Shown: in pieces, positions 35,354 to 48,043 of the stretch
Numbering within the stretch: the stretch's first letter is position 1
How the letters are laid out: every line of letters starts with the position of its first letter
Source: Vitrella brassicaformis CCMP3155
Taxonomy: Eukaryota > Protista > Chromerida
Direction: 5' to 3'
Length of the DNA: 64,000 nt
Assembly (NCBI GenBank): GCA_001179505.1
Contig: CDMY01000027.1
Location: 143,948-207,947, forward strand
Made by a program: the position numbers and the translations under genes
The notes under the pieces: model-generated
Database searches by the model: none
The model's input: the letters and a program-made list of their open reading frames with translations, nothing else
What the model was told of the DNA's origin: nothing

Positions 35354-37859
35354 TCACTTGCTGCCCCCCTCACTGCCCTCCCCTTGGTCGTTGCCCTCGT
35401 CAGTCTGCCCGCCCTGCTCTTTGCCCTCTCCCCCAGCATCATCTGGTGCTGGCTGTGGTGCCTCGGACGGCGCCTCGACGAGCGTGCTGTCTCCCCCGAA
35501 GTAGAGGTTGCCCTTGCCCTTCCTGTCGTCGCTTTGCAGAATGCCCGAGCTCCACAACGTCGCCTCCTTCTTGGCTGCTGGTGATCGGCGCAGCTTTGGC
35601 CGTCTTGATGGTGGTGGTTGTGACGGTGATGTTGACTCATCCACTGCTGTCGCTTCCGCACCCTCCGCTTGCTCTTGTCTTTGTCTGCGGAGCATCGCTG
35701 TGCGCCGCAGGAAGTCGCTGGCGTCAGCTGATGATGGCTGATGCTGCTGCTCGTCTTGTGTGGCGGGCAGCGGTGTGCCGGTGCGTGGTCGGCAGACGCC
35801 GTCGGTGCCGCACTCCATCTGCTGAGAGGTCCCTGCAGCAATCGGCATCGGCTCAGGAGTCGTCATGACGGCCGGGGCAGCCGGTGCTGTGGGTGTCGTC
35901 TCTGGCGGATGCTCCTCCACGTCTACCCCTCTCTCCTCCTGCTGATACTGCGCCCTATGCCGGTGGGGCAACGGGATGGGCATACCCACGACGTCACCCG
36001 ACACCTGCTTCGCCTTCCATGCGGTGAGGGTCTTGTACGCCGCCGTCACGGGGGCGAGGTTCCTGCTCTCGTAGGACATGGCAACCGGGGCGCCAGCAGA
36101 GACGTCAGCAGAGTCCTGGAAGCCCACCAGTCGGAGGATGGCGAGTGCGGGTGGATAGGGGGCGACGGTCTCGGCTGCTTTGGCGTTGAGGAGGTTGATG
36201 CGCCTGTACTTGGGGTCTTGTGGGTGCCGGGCGACGTTCTTGAGATAGATGGACAGAATGCGCACCGTCTCCTGTGCCTTGTCAGACGTCATGCCGGGCG
36301 CCTGCATCCACAAATCAATCAATCAACACAGAGAGAGAATGGTGCAGTGCAACACTAGAAAGAGATGTATGCGATGCGCGTCTCTGTGGCTCTGTATGTG
36401 ACCTTGAGGAGCTGATCGAGCTGTTTCTTGATGTCATAGTCGAGCTTCTCACTCTTGGCGAAGCCAAAGGCGGCCCTCCCACACATGGACGAGAACCGCC
36501 TGCAGGCCACAACAAACACGCATATGACACGTGCGTCCATCCACCCAACCATCCATGCTGTTGACTTACTTACCGGCTGACTGGCTGCAGTTTCTCCTTC
36601 TGTGAGAGTTCCGGCTGCCTCTGGGCCAGCCGTGTGATGAGCGCCTGGAGCTGGTCGCTGCCGCCGACGCCAGTGGACTTCTCGACGATGTCGCCGTCGA
36701 TGACCGATAAGAGTGTGGGCAGCCCCTCCACCTCCAGACACTGAGATAATGACTTGTGCTTGTCGCTGTTGATCTTGACCAATCTGAACAGCACATTACA
36801 CACACACACATGGATGTGATCTTTCTGCCTGTGGGCGAGAGGCCTTTCAGGACTGACCTGAACATGCCCCCAAATTGCGTGACGACGTCTTCGAGGATGG
36901 GTTTGAGCTGCTGGCAGGGGCCGCACCAGTCGGCATACACGTCAATCAGCACAGGCACCGGCGACTCGATCACCAGACGCTGCAGCTCGCTCTCCTCCGG
37001 CTCAAATATCACGCTGTTCTTCTCCGCTGGCTCGGGCATCCTGCCGCCTCCAGATGCTGGTGCTGCCGCCCTGCCTTTGCCCTTGAGTGTGGCTGTGGTG
37101 CGCCCAAGGCTGTCCTGACCCTCACTGACGAACGAGCGATAGTCGGGATCACTTGTGGTCCTGCGTCTGATCATGGCCATGACGCGCCGGGTGCTGACGC
37201 CCCCCACTCCAGCCGCCGTCTGCCATGCCTTGATGACGCCTTCCCGAGCCGTCTGCTCGTCGACGCCTCTCCTGACCTTCCGCGTCACCTTGTCCTCAAA
37301 GACTCGCTGCAGCTGCTGCTCCTGCCTGGTCAGGAGGCTGTCTGCCTGCTGGCCTATCGCCTCGATGGCTTCACGCACAGCTACGTCCTGCGGCCGCTTG
37401 GCGATGGCCGCATCCTGAAGCGAAGTGAGTGCCGGCGCGATGCCGATCTCACGGACGGCAGCGTCGACCACAGATGGAGACCAACCTGAGACCACACACA
37501 CACACACATGAAAGGTACACAAAGAGATGATGACATGGGCTTGTGGGTGTCTGTCTGTCTGTCTATCTACCTTTCTGTCGCAGCCAGTTGGCAGCCGCCA
37601 GCGTCAATCTCTCCATGGCGATCTTCTCCATGGCCTGCTGCTCTCCCTCCTCTATCAGATCTTCCCCCTGCGTGTCAATGGCATAGTACCCCGCCTGTAT
37701 GGATGGGTCGATGCGGCCGCTGCTGCCCTCCCGTCCCTGCAGGGCCATCGGCACGCCCCATGCCCGCTGCCGAAGGGGCACTGTGAGGGTGCCGGTCTCT
37801 GACGATGCCTTGATGAAGGGCAGCAAGGAGATCAAGAGGCAAACAGAGGACGCACGCAT
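35354..37859 (-). CDS. Signal-peptide protein with thioredoxin (WCGPC) and PUB domains
   Basis: MRASSVCLLISLLPFIKA signal peptide; VPVLIDVYADWCGPCQQLKPILE|LVKINSD...GLPTLL; PUB TVRILSIYLKNVARHPQDPKYRRINLLN...ALAILRLVGF. Confidence 0.85.
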
Positions 37860-38032
37860 GCCGTAGACCAAAGGTTGATGAATGAGGCTCCAGCGTCCAG
37901 ATCTTGAGGTCAGATAAGCTCGCAAAAAGCCACCGTGAAACCGCTCTCTCTCTCCGAAGATCGCCCGCGAGAAAGAAGAGAAGCGCCGCCATCTCTCTCA
38001 GTAATCAGGTATGAAAGGGCAGAAAGACCACA

Positions 38033-39524
38033 ATGAAAGGGCAGAATACAACCAACGCACTCACTTATGATGGCATGTGTGACCGTTCTGTCCCGTGTCA
38101 CCGACTGGCCCTTCGTGAGCCAGTGACTCATCAGCTTCCCGTGATGGATGCCCTGACGCGTCACGGTGTCCTCTGTGATCTCGACAGCACCATCGTCGGC
38201 CCCTTGGAGGACCTGGCAGACCAGCAGAGAGATTTGTCGTCGGCGTACGACATCATCGCCTTGCTGAACGACCATGGCGCCAATCAGCTTTCAAGGGCCT
38301 CGGGCGACGAGATGCTGCAGCTCAACGTGGGCGGCAGCCTGTCGAGTGTGCAGCGGCGGCACCTGACGAGGTGTAGTGGTTCCCTGCTTAATTACTCCCC
38401 TGCTTACATACTTGTGTCATGTGCAGCGTCGAGGGGTCGCCCCTGTCCATCTTGTTCAGCGGCAAGTGGGATGGCCGATTCATCCGGGACCAGGACAGTC
38501 GAGTGTTCGTCGACATGGACCCCCGCGCCTTTGAGCAGGCGCGCAACGCCCTGTTTGAGGGGCAGGAGGGCGTGGACCATCTGCTCTGTGAGGCCCACAA
38601 GAGACAATTCACTGGTAGGGAGGGAGGGATGGGTGTGATGTTTGCACTCACACACATGCATACGCCGGATGTTTTGTTCAGGAGTTCATGACTTCTGGTT
38701 TAAGCTGCTGCTGTCACCGCTCCCGCCGGTCGTAGAGGAGAAACGGTCCGCAGAGAGGCCCCAATTGACGGCCACAAACATCCCTCCCGAGTTGAACGCC
38801 TTCTGGGCGGCTGTCAAGAAATTCATAGAGGGCTTCGCTGCCCGCAAGGGAAGGCTGGCGCGAGAGCGGCAACCAAGAAGGCGGCATACGACAAGGTCAT
38901 GGCCGAGATACAGGTGACCCACACGGACAGACAGACAGTGCTATGCATCAGCAAGCATGGAGCTGTTTATGTGTATGTGTGTCATGGATGGATGTATCAG
39001 GCGGTGCGGCCCTTCCTGGCTCCCCTGTCTGCCGCCCATCCGTTCCTGCCACACGTCCGCAAGGGCTACGAAATCCGCTCAGTGGACTTGTGCGGAACGA
39101 CTATCGCCACCACTCAGGCCACCCTGGACGACATGGGCGACATTCCTCTGCGCAATCGATTCGATATGTGTGTGAGGAGGGAGGGGCAGAGAAACAAATG
39201 CAACGAGTGTGTGTGGATGTGTGTGCATCCAATCAGGTGGTCGGGCGCTGTGCACGGAGTTTCTGACGAACATTTCCGCCGTCTGGTGGACTTCTATCGC
39301 CGCCAGCGGCACACTGCGGCCGGCGCACAGCTGCCTCTGGCCTGTGTGGTGCTGCGGGGGGCCAACGCGACAGAGCAACGATTCCTGGACAAGACCGCCC
39401 GGATGTACGGCGTCATTGAGGGTGGCGCTGCCGCCAAGGGGAACGCCATCACACAGGCACTCCAACAAAGGTATGCAGGCGCACGTACGCGTCATGAAGG
39501 CAGGTTTTTGTTGACTGACAGTGG

Positions 39525-39559
<35 letters not shown>

Positions 39560-39897
39560 TGTGCAGTTTGTCCCGTTTGTGCCGGGCGAGTGGCGAACCT
39601 GATGATTGCTTCTGTGGGAGTGTGTCGCCGTCCGGTGTGCGGTATCAGATTGTGGAGGAGGGGACGGGATTGATGCCGCTGAGACACCAGGTGGTCACAT
39701 ACGACTGCACGTACTGGCGGGACAAGTTTAATGGCAGCCAGAAGGTCCACGAGGCCCGACGGTACGAGTATCCTATGAGCAGTGTGCGAGCCGAGTGGTT
39801 CCGTGAGGCGCTGATGGCCATGAGAGTGGGCGAGACCAGACGTGTGATAACGCCCTTTAAGATGTACGTTGAGCTGCGGCTCATTAGCATCATGTGA
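38033..39897 (+). CDS. KCTD-type BTB/POZ protein with second degenerate BTB and C-terminal FKBP-like domain; apparent 1-nt frameshift
   Basis: MLQLNVGGSLSSVQRRHLTR|VEGSPLSILFSGKWDGRFIRDQDSRVFVDMDP; EIRSVDLCGTTIATTQATL; SGVRYQIVEEGTG...VVTYD...WFREALMAMRVGETRRVITP...YVELRLISI*. Frame changes near 38866. Confidence 0.7.
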
Positions 39898-40271
39898 CCC
39901 ATGCGTGCTGACTTGGTTGGTGAGATAACGGCCACATCGTATTGATGGATTTTGTTGATTGATGACTACCCGATAGATGCGGTCTGTAACCGATTTGGTG
40001 CACCCCTGTGTCTGTCTGAGAGAGGGCTCGCCAGCAGCACAGAAACCACAGGCGGGGGCAGAAGTGCTCTGCTTTAGCAGACGCGGCATGTAGAGTCGCG
40101 TCCCTTCTGTCTTGTGTGCGTCTCTCATGGAGAGAATCCCTTCGAGAGACACTCGAGCTCGCAATTGCGATCGGGAGGAAGATCCCCTCGTTGACGGAGG
40201 AAAAAGGGAACACAAACACCACAGCAAAGCAGATCAGAGACGAACTGAATGCCAAGCATTCGTCAGCAGCC

Positions 40272-41937
40272 ATGACGTCGGCTGCCTCAGGCTGCATTCT
40301 TCTTCTCTTGGGGCCCGTCTTGTTGAGCGCCGAGGCCGTCGATGACGCCGTCCTTGACCTCTACAGGACACCAAGGGAGGGCTCGCTGTCTTATTACTGG
40401 AATCTGAGCGAGTCGCAACGCGGGACGTGCTTCCAGTGGCCTGAGCCGGCCGCCGGCAAGAATGGCGTGTGGACAAGGTGGGAGACACACACATTGTCAA
40501 GGATGTGCAACCAAGGCTTCTGGACTGCCCTATATGGCCAATCGACGCTGTCTTCTGCCTTTTTGTTGCAGCGTAGCGTTACCTGTCGTGTCGTCGCAGA
40601 CCTTTTACGACGGGAGGACTTGCGGCATGTGCATCGAGTTCCTCCACACGGATGTCGGCCGGGGGCCGCGCTACTTGGGGTCCAAACATGGAGGGCCAGA
40701 GGAGCACCAACCGCCAGCCAACGAGCGGACTCGTCTGTTTGTCAACAATGCGTGAGCTGCCGGCTGATACGTCCATGGAGACACACATCTGTGCCTGTGT
40801 CTGTCTCCATCTGCCCATGTTGCCGGCAGCTGTGGCGACTGCGAGTATGAGAATCAGATGGACGTGTCGCTCAATAGCAGGTCGGCCTTGCACACACACC
40901 TACACACACACATATATGAGCGCACTCAGCAAAGGAAGACACAAAGATGACCATCTTATGTCTTGTGTCGATCGGCAGGAAGGGGCTGTGGCAAGCGACC
41001 TGGGTGGCTGTGGACTGTGAGCCAGACACCACTCCCGTGCAGTTCATCTTCGGCCGTGGCTCCTCGGAGCACTTCATCGGGGTAGCCTGACTAACAGAGA
41101 CATGGCCCAAACATCACGCCCATGTATTGTGTGTTAGTCTATCTCTTGGATGCAGTTGCAGGCCCGCAATCTGCCGATACCCGTCAAGGGTATCGAATAC
41201 TACCATCCGATCAACGACAAGTGGTATACGATGAGCCAAGGCTTCACAGGTCTGCTCATATCGGCCGGCCATGCAGTGGATGAGAGAAAGGGTACATACT
41301 GACATGTGTTGTGTTATATCCGGTATGCATCACTCACTGGACGGACGCAGGCATGTTCAAGTTCCAAGCGACAGAGACTGGCCTTGGCTGGCCCGACGAG
41401 CTCTTGAAGCCTCCATTGCGGGTTCGAGTCACCTCACTCAAGGCAAGCAACCAAGCAAGCCCCCTCAACCACCACTTCCCACATCCATCCCTGTCTCCCC
41501 CCTGTCCTGTTTGCCTTCAGGGGCAGGCTCTCGAGACAAATGTCTCCCGCATAGGGGAGGCCTTCGAGGTCATCGACTCTGATCCACCCATATTTTTTGA
41601 GGGCATCACGGGCGACGCCCCCACCGGCTCATGCACCGCAGTTGAAGAGGCCAGCAGGACGCCATGCGGCCCCTCAGACGTGAGTGAGAATGGCTGTGCG
41701 CTGCTCCACTGCTGCTGGAGTGGAGAGGGAGAGGAAGGCCCGTCGTGTTACCGCCGTGAGGGGGATGAGAGGACCGATTTGTCATCAGGTGGCCAACGTG
41801 TTACGGATCAGTACGACTCGAGTGCATGGAAGCCACACAGGAGGCTGCCGTGGCTGCTGGTTGGTGTGTTGGTCTGCGTCAGGTGGCTAGCTTGTCAACG
41901 ACCCACCATTGCGCTGGCTGATGTGGTGATGTGGTGA
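40272..41937 (+). CDS. Expansin-like protein (DPBB + CBM63) with C-terminal trefoil domain and TM segment
   Basis: Signal MTSAASGCILLLLGPVLLSAEA; FYDGRTCGMCIE...FVNN(A)CGDC...MDVS...GLWQATWVAVDC; GSSEHFIG|LQARNLPIPVKGIEY...LRVRVTSLK|GQ; trefoil CTAVEEASRTPCGPSDVSENGCALLHCCW...PSCY; WLLVGVLVCV. Confidence 0.75.
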
Positions 41938-42430
41938 ATTTTTCCGTCCTATTTTTCGTCGACCGCAGGATGATAGGCTGGGTTGACTGGTGTGTGGGTG
42001 TGGGTGTGGGTGTAGGTTTGGGTGGATGTGGGTGTGGGTGGACGTGACGACTGTCCTTTGCTGTCTTTGGCAGTTTTGGACCCTGACTGAACTGTGAGCC
42101 TGTCTGCACTTGAAGCCTCTTCGTGTGTTGGTAGGAACACATGACACACGCTTTCAGAGGATCGGTCGTCTGTCTGTCTCTGTCCAGAGAGAGGGAAAAA
42201 AGACACAAATCACATGCACGCATCCCATGCACCCACCTAACCAACCAGTGCGGTCATTGTAAATCAGTTATTGTCCGTCAAGGCATTGCACGCACCCACA
42301 TATGCACAGCGTATGCATGTTCATGCACACACAAGCGTCTCACTCATCGGCCACGCCTGCCCGCGCCATCGCCTCCGATCCGACAGTTGTCCTCCAGCAG
42401 CTCAACCTACACTCACACATCAAATGATCA

Positions 42431-44393
42431 CTATACATCCACTGGTGCCGTGTGTCTCTTCTGTCGTGTAATGTTGTGTATGCTGACCTTGAAAAAGCAT
42501 ATGGACGCGTTCTCCACCACAGCCACCAAATGACCCATCCGGGGGGCACCGCCTGCGCCATCCTCACCCCCGACGCCACACGCACTCCCCGCCTCTTCAC
42601 CACATTCACCACCACCACCACCATCAGCAGCAGCAGCGGCTGGAGGCACCTGACGGGTGTCATCTTCCGCCGTTGTCCTGGCCTTCTTGGCCGGCGGGAT
42701 GTCAGATGGCTCAGCTGGCGGTGATGAGGCGGCATGCAGGTCGTGGAGCACCTCAGGGTCCTCAAAGAACTCACACAGAGGCTCGGTCCACCTGACACGC
42801 ACATACACACACACACACACACACACATACACACACTCACATATCCAGACAGACCTCATCATATCTCTCACTTGGCCACGTGCAGTACGTAGTCCGGCGC
42901 TTCGTCGAAGCTGGGCCGCCTGTCGCAGGGCATGAACACCCGCCACACACGCTCACCGGCATCGCACTCGACCTCCTTCACAGCACTCATCGCACCGCCA
43001 CCACCATCACAATCACCCAGCCGACTCAACGCACTCGACAGCACGTCGGGGGCCTCTCCAGATGCCTTGTCTGGTTCAGTCGGGCGGTCGCTTTGTGCAC
43101 TGCGCTGGAAGTTGGCGAAAACTCGTCGGCTCATGTTGGTGGATGGGTGGGGTGCGGGCAGCCGGGCCATGGCTTCCTCAGGACTCGGCAACGAGTCGGT
43201 GGGCAGGGCCGCTGGGTGCCTGGAGAGAGGAGAGAGAGAGAGAGAATGTGTGTGTAAATGCATTTGTGTGTGGCATGGACTTGGCGGCGTACCTCCGTTG
43301 CAGAGCGTATCCTGCCCTCTTCATGTGGGCGTAGACGATGTAGCACGTCAAGCTCACACTCAGCGGACGACCCGCCTCATCTAAAATACACACACACACA
43401 CACACAAGAAGAGTAGGAAGGACGGAAAGGCGATATATGATGCGTGGATGCAATGTGTATCTATGGCTGGCTGGCTGACCGACCCTTGAGTTGTCTGTCG
43501 TGCAGGTCCATGAGGGTGTCGTATGCGTCCTGCACCGACCAGCGGCGGCCTGACTCGTCCCACACATCCAACGAACCTGTCAGTCACGTCACACACACAT
43601 GACACCCACACCACACCCACAGGCATTTCATTTGCAGCCCAGTGAATGCAATGCATGTGCGGCATCCATCTTAAGATATACAGGTAGGCTAGGCATTTAC
43701 CTCTTTCCTTGAGGTAGAGGACCTCTTCCACATGCAGCATCTGCCGGCCGGGGGGGATGTTCCACCCCAAACTCTGCACCACCTTGCCGCGAGGACGCAC
43801 CACCATTCCCTGAATGAATGGAATGAACCAACACAACACACAGAGAGAGAGAGAGAGAGAGTGTGGCTGGCTGGCACTTCTGTTCACCGTGTTTGCTCAC
43901 TCACCACGCCCAGGTCATTCATCCAGATCACCACCGTCCCTACACACATAACACACACACAGACAAGGAAGGCACCCATAGGCCCGGCAAGATGGGAGCT
44001 ACCGATGTTCTCCTCCATGTGTAGCCCACTCACTTTGTGAGGCGTCTGGGTCTGAGGCCGATGCGGCAGCAGCTGCACCACCCGGCTTTGCACTGTCGGT
44101 GTGTGCCTCCACCTGCTGCCTGTAAAGCGCCACCAGCTTCGGGCACGCCTCCTCGATATCCACCCCAATGCTGCACGACAGACACAACACACAAAACACA
44201 CACGGTGACTGGAAACTCCTCGACGTTTGGTTGGTTGGTTCAGTCACCCTTGGCTTGTTCCAGCCTCCTTTGGCGTCTGTGTGAGTCGCTGGCCTCTCTT
44301 GGGCATCAGCTGCCCCCTCTTGACGCGCTCACGCTTCGACCTCGGCTGATCCGTGGCCATGGATGACGGAGTCGACCCACCAGATGGTTCCAT
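42431..44393 (-). CDS. TSEN54: tRNA-splicing endonuclease subunit Sen54
   Basis: GMVVRPRGKVVQSLGWNIPPGRQMLHVEEVLYLKERG; WSVQDAYDTL; CYIVYAHMKRAGYALQR; C-terminal LVAVVENASICFFKV. Confidence 0.7.
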
Positions 44394-44751
44394 AGAGCTC
44401 ATCGATGACGCGTCGATGGATAAAGAGGTGACATCGTCACGGGCAGAGATCTGCAAAAGCTCGCTTGCGAGCTTCCTCGCCCGTGCGACTTCGTTCGTTC
44501 GAGTTTATCGCATGTGCTAAGCTGCCACGTGGTCCTTGAGGCGTCATCTCTGCAAACTCGGGATTGCTGCTGCAGCGTAGAGCAGATCTGGACAGCCCAG
44601 CAGCTCTGGTGCAAGATGGCGAGGGTGTGCTGGAGATAGCCACCGCCTGACGACGTCCCTGCCATCGCAAGAGCGGCTCATTATATACCATCCGGAGCCC
44701 TCGACTGCGTTCGTTACTGACGACTGGCTGAGTTAGTGTACTGAGTCAGCA

Positions 44752-47700
44752 ATGGTGGTGCCATCTCTGATCGAGACTGGCACCAAGAAGCTGGACATCG
44801 CCCGCAAGAAGGGCCACAGACTGTCACTGGAGCTGAGGCGACGGCTTGGCGTCGTCATCGTCACACTCTGCCTGCTGGTCGCCGCATCCACATGGCTCGC
44901 CAGGTCGCTCGTCCTACTCGTGTCCATCATCTACGAGATCGGCGTGAGCGCTTCGCCGCGACTGCGGCTGGTGCAGGCCACCCGGCCATGGCGGCTGTTC
45001 GGCACTTACACCGTGCTGCAGCTGATCTTGCTCACCCTGATGGAGACCAGATTCACACTGCCCACGACCGTTGCTGTGGAGAGCAGCAAGAGCGGGCAGG
45101 GGGGAGGGTCTGGTGAGCAGCAGCTGGTGCTGAACGAGCAGCCGCCTGCCGCTGCTGCTGCTAATCCTGCTGCTGGTGTCAAAGGGGTGGTGGTTGACGA
45201 AGATGACGATACCCTGGTCATCGAGGAAGAGCCAGCAGCGGGGCCCGAGCAGATCAGGTGACTGTCAGAGGGGGGGATGGATGGGAGGGAACAGACTAGA
45301 CTGGTCTCTGAGGACACCTTTCGTCGTGTGTGTGGTGTGTGGTGTGTGTGTGTATGTTGCAGCATTGTGGTCCCAGTGCGCGATGAGGAGCTGTACCTGA
45401 CCAAGACCATCGAGTACACCGTCAACGACACGCCGGCCCACATGCTCAGGGAAATACTCATCGTCGACGACGCATCAGACAAACCAGGCAGGCACACATA
45501 CATACCAGGCAGGCACACATACCACACTACACACGCGTCCCTGTCATTTGTGTCTGTGTTTGTGTGTCATCTATCCCATCCATCCATCAGTTGAGAAGAT
45601 GTTGGAGGAGGAGTTGGATCGCAAGTACTGGCCCAAGGTGAAGATCCTCCGCTACGACGAGAGGCAGGGACTCATCAGGGCAAGAATCGCTGGCGCCGAC
45701 GCCGCATCGGCACCATACATCGTACGACAGACACCACACAAAGGAAGGACGTCCCCAACACATGACGTGACGGACAGAGACGCCCATGGCCTCGGTGTGT
45801 GTGTCTGTGTGTCCGTGTGTGTGTTTGGGTGCAGTTGTTCCTCGACGGTCACTGCCGTCCCATCCCCGGGTGGCTCCCACCACTCATACGCAACCTCAAG
45901 GAAAACTACAAACGGTGCCAAGGGATGTGGGAACACACATTGGAACCCATGGATGAGCACACCTGCGAATGTCTGTGTCTATGTGTGTGTGTGTGTGTGT
46001 GTGGCTTGCTGTGTTGCAGGATAGTTGTGCCGATAGTGTCCGACGTGAACGGCACAACATGGCAGGAGATCCCGGCGAGGGGCGTCAAGATGATGTTTGA
46101 GTGGGACTTCAACTTCAATTGGTACGACGACAACACTCCCGAGGTGCCCGTGGCCTCCGGCGGCATTCTAGCCATCACCAAACAATGGTACACACACATG
46201 GGCAGCAGGCGGGCCTTTTCTTGCTCGATTCGATCATCGTGTCTCTGTGTGTGTGTGTGTGCGTGTGTCTGTCTGTCTGGTCATCAGGTGGATAGAGAGC
46301 GGCAAGTATGACCCCGGGATGCGCGAGTGGGGCGGGGAGAACATCGAGCAGTCTATACGAGTCTGGCTATGCGGTACGCACATTGTGGGGCAACACACAA
46401 CACTTGACACAGCAGACACAAAGGAGGGCAGCTTTGTGTTATTCTTCAACCAATGCCACATGCAGGTGGTGAGATCATTGTGGAGCGGAATTCCAGGATA
46501 GGACACATCTTCAAACGACCACCCAAACCCAACAAAGTCAGTGTGCCCACCAAAAGAGCTGTTCGTCCCAGAATGCGCTGAACGTCCCTCTCCTGGTGTG
46601 CGTCCGTGCCGTGCCGTCGTGTGCAGATAACGATACCCAATCAAGTGCAGAGAAATCACGTACGTGGCTGGCTGAGTCATTGATTACGAAGTGCACATCC
46701 ATGTGTGCGTGTGTGTGGAGTGCAGGCGCGAGCGGCCAAGGTGTGGCTGGACGATTACTACAAGTACTTTGTCGAAGCACAGCCCATGGCAAAGACACTT
46801 GACCTCGGTAGGTACACAACACTGACAGACACACCCACACAAATAGCCATGGCTGGGTGTGGTGTGGTGTGGTGTTGTGTGTGCAGGTCCCGGTTTGGAG
46901 CAGCGGATGGCTCTCCGGCCGGCACTCAAGTGCAAAGACTTCCAATGGTAAGTAACCACTGACGCACTCGACGGACACTACCCCATCTCCGTCTGCTACA
47001 CGCTGTCCTGTCTGTGTGTGTGCATTAATTCAGGTATGTGGATAAGTTCCGGCATGCCTTTGAACGAAAGGGGCTCCTTATGGAAAGTGAGCAAGATTGC
47101 TGCACAGACAGACAGACATACATATCTCATTCTCCCTCTGTGGTGACTGTGGTTAGACTTCCACCATCTGCGCCACACGGCCTCCCGTCTGTGTCTGACG
47201 GCCGTCGAGGCCGACAAGGACAAACCAAAGGACGACTGGAGACACAAAGACCACCTCATACTCGTCAGCCAACCACACACCCACCACACACACCCAGGCC
47301 TCCACCATTCATCCAGTCCCCCCTCTCCCCCTCCCTGTCTGTCTGTCTGTCGGTGTGTCAGGAGCCGTGCAAGCGCCCCGACGACCGCCAGCGATGGTCG
47401 ACTGTCGGTGGGAACCGCATGCTATTCAACAGGAAGGTCAAGAAGTGCCTCGACCGGTTCTCCATCCCCTTCGGCAACGAGGAGGAGCGAAGGCCCATTC
47501 TGTGGGAGTGCGACTGGCTCAACGTCCCGCTGGGCAAGAACCAGAACCAGCTGTGGCAGCACGACCAACACCCAGCCACCGACACCCCCAAACATGACGG
47601 GGCGCACGAGCCGAGGACGGGCCATGTGTTTGCCGTGCCGAATGGCTTCAATGGGAGAGCGTCCAGGCCAGGGGAAATGGTGAGTGAGTCAGTGAGGGTG

Positions 47701-48043
47701 TGAGTTGGGGCCCGAGGGGGGAAGGGGGGAGGGAGGGAGCAAGAGCATATTGGCGAGTGCGTTGTCTGTCTCGTGTGCTTCGCAGGAGCTGGATCCAGGA
47801 TTGGCGACGGACAGCGGATCTCTGTGTCTGACTGCAAAGCTCCTGTACCACGAAGCATTCCAAGACAAAAAGGTGGGTGGGTGCGATGGGCCCTGGAAGC
47901 ACAGCACCAGAGGAAAAGTGTGTGTGATGTGGCGGTGTGTGCAGCTTCGTCGTCACGGCCACCTGCCGACGGAGCCCTACCTGGCGCCCTGCAGGCCGGT
48001 GACGGATGACCCATGGCAGGACACCCAGGGATGGGAACCGTAA
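44752..48043 (+). CDS. GALNT: Polypeptide N-acetylgalactosaminyltransferase (GT27) with ricin-B lectin domain
   Basis: SIVVPVRDE...EILIVDDAS; [12 protein letters not shown]; FLDGHC (DxH); ASGGILAI; [23 protein letters not shown]; SRIGHIFK; [10 protein letters not shown]; lectin CLT/CLD...QNQLW; stop at 48043. Confidence 0.92.
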
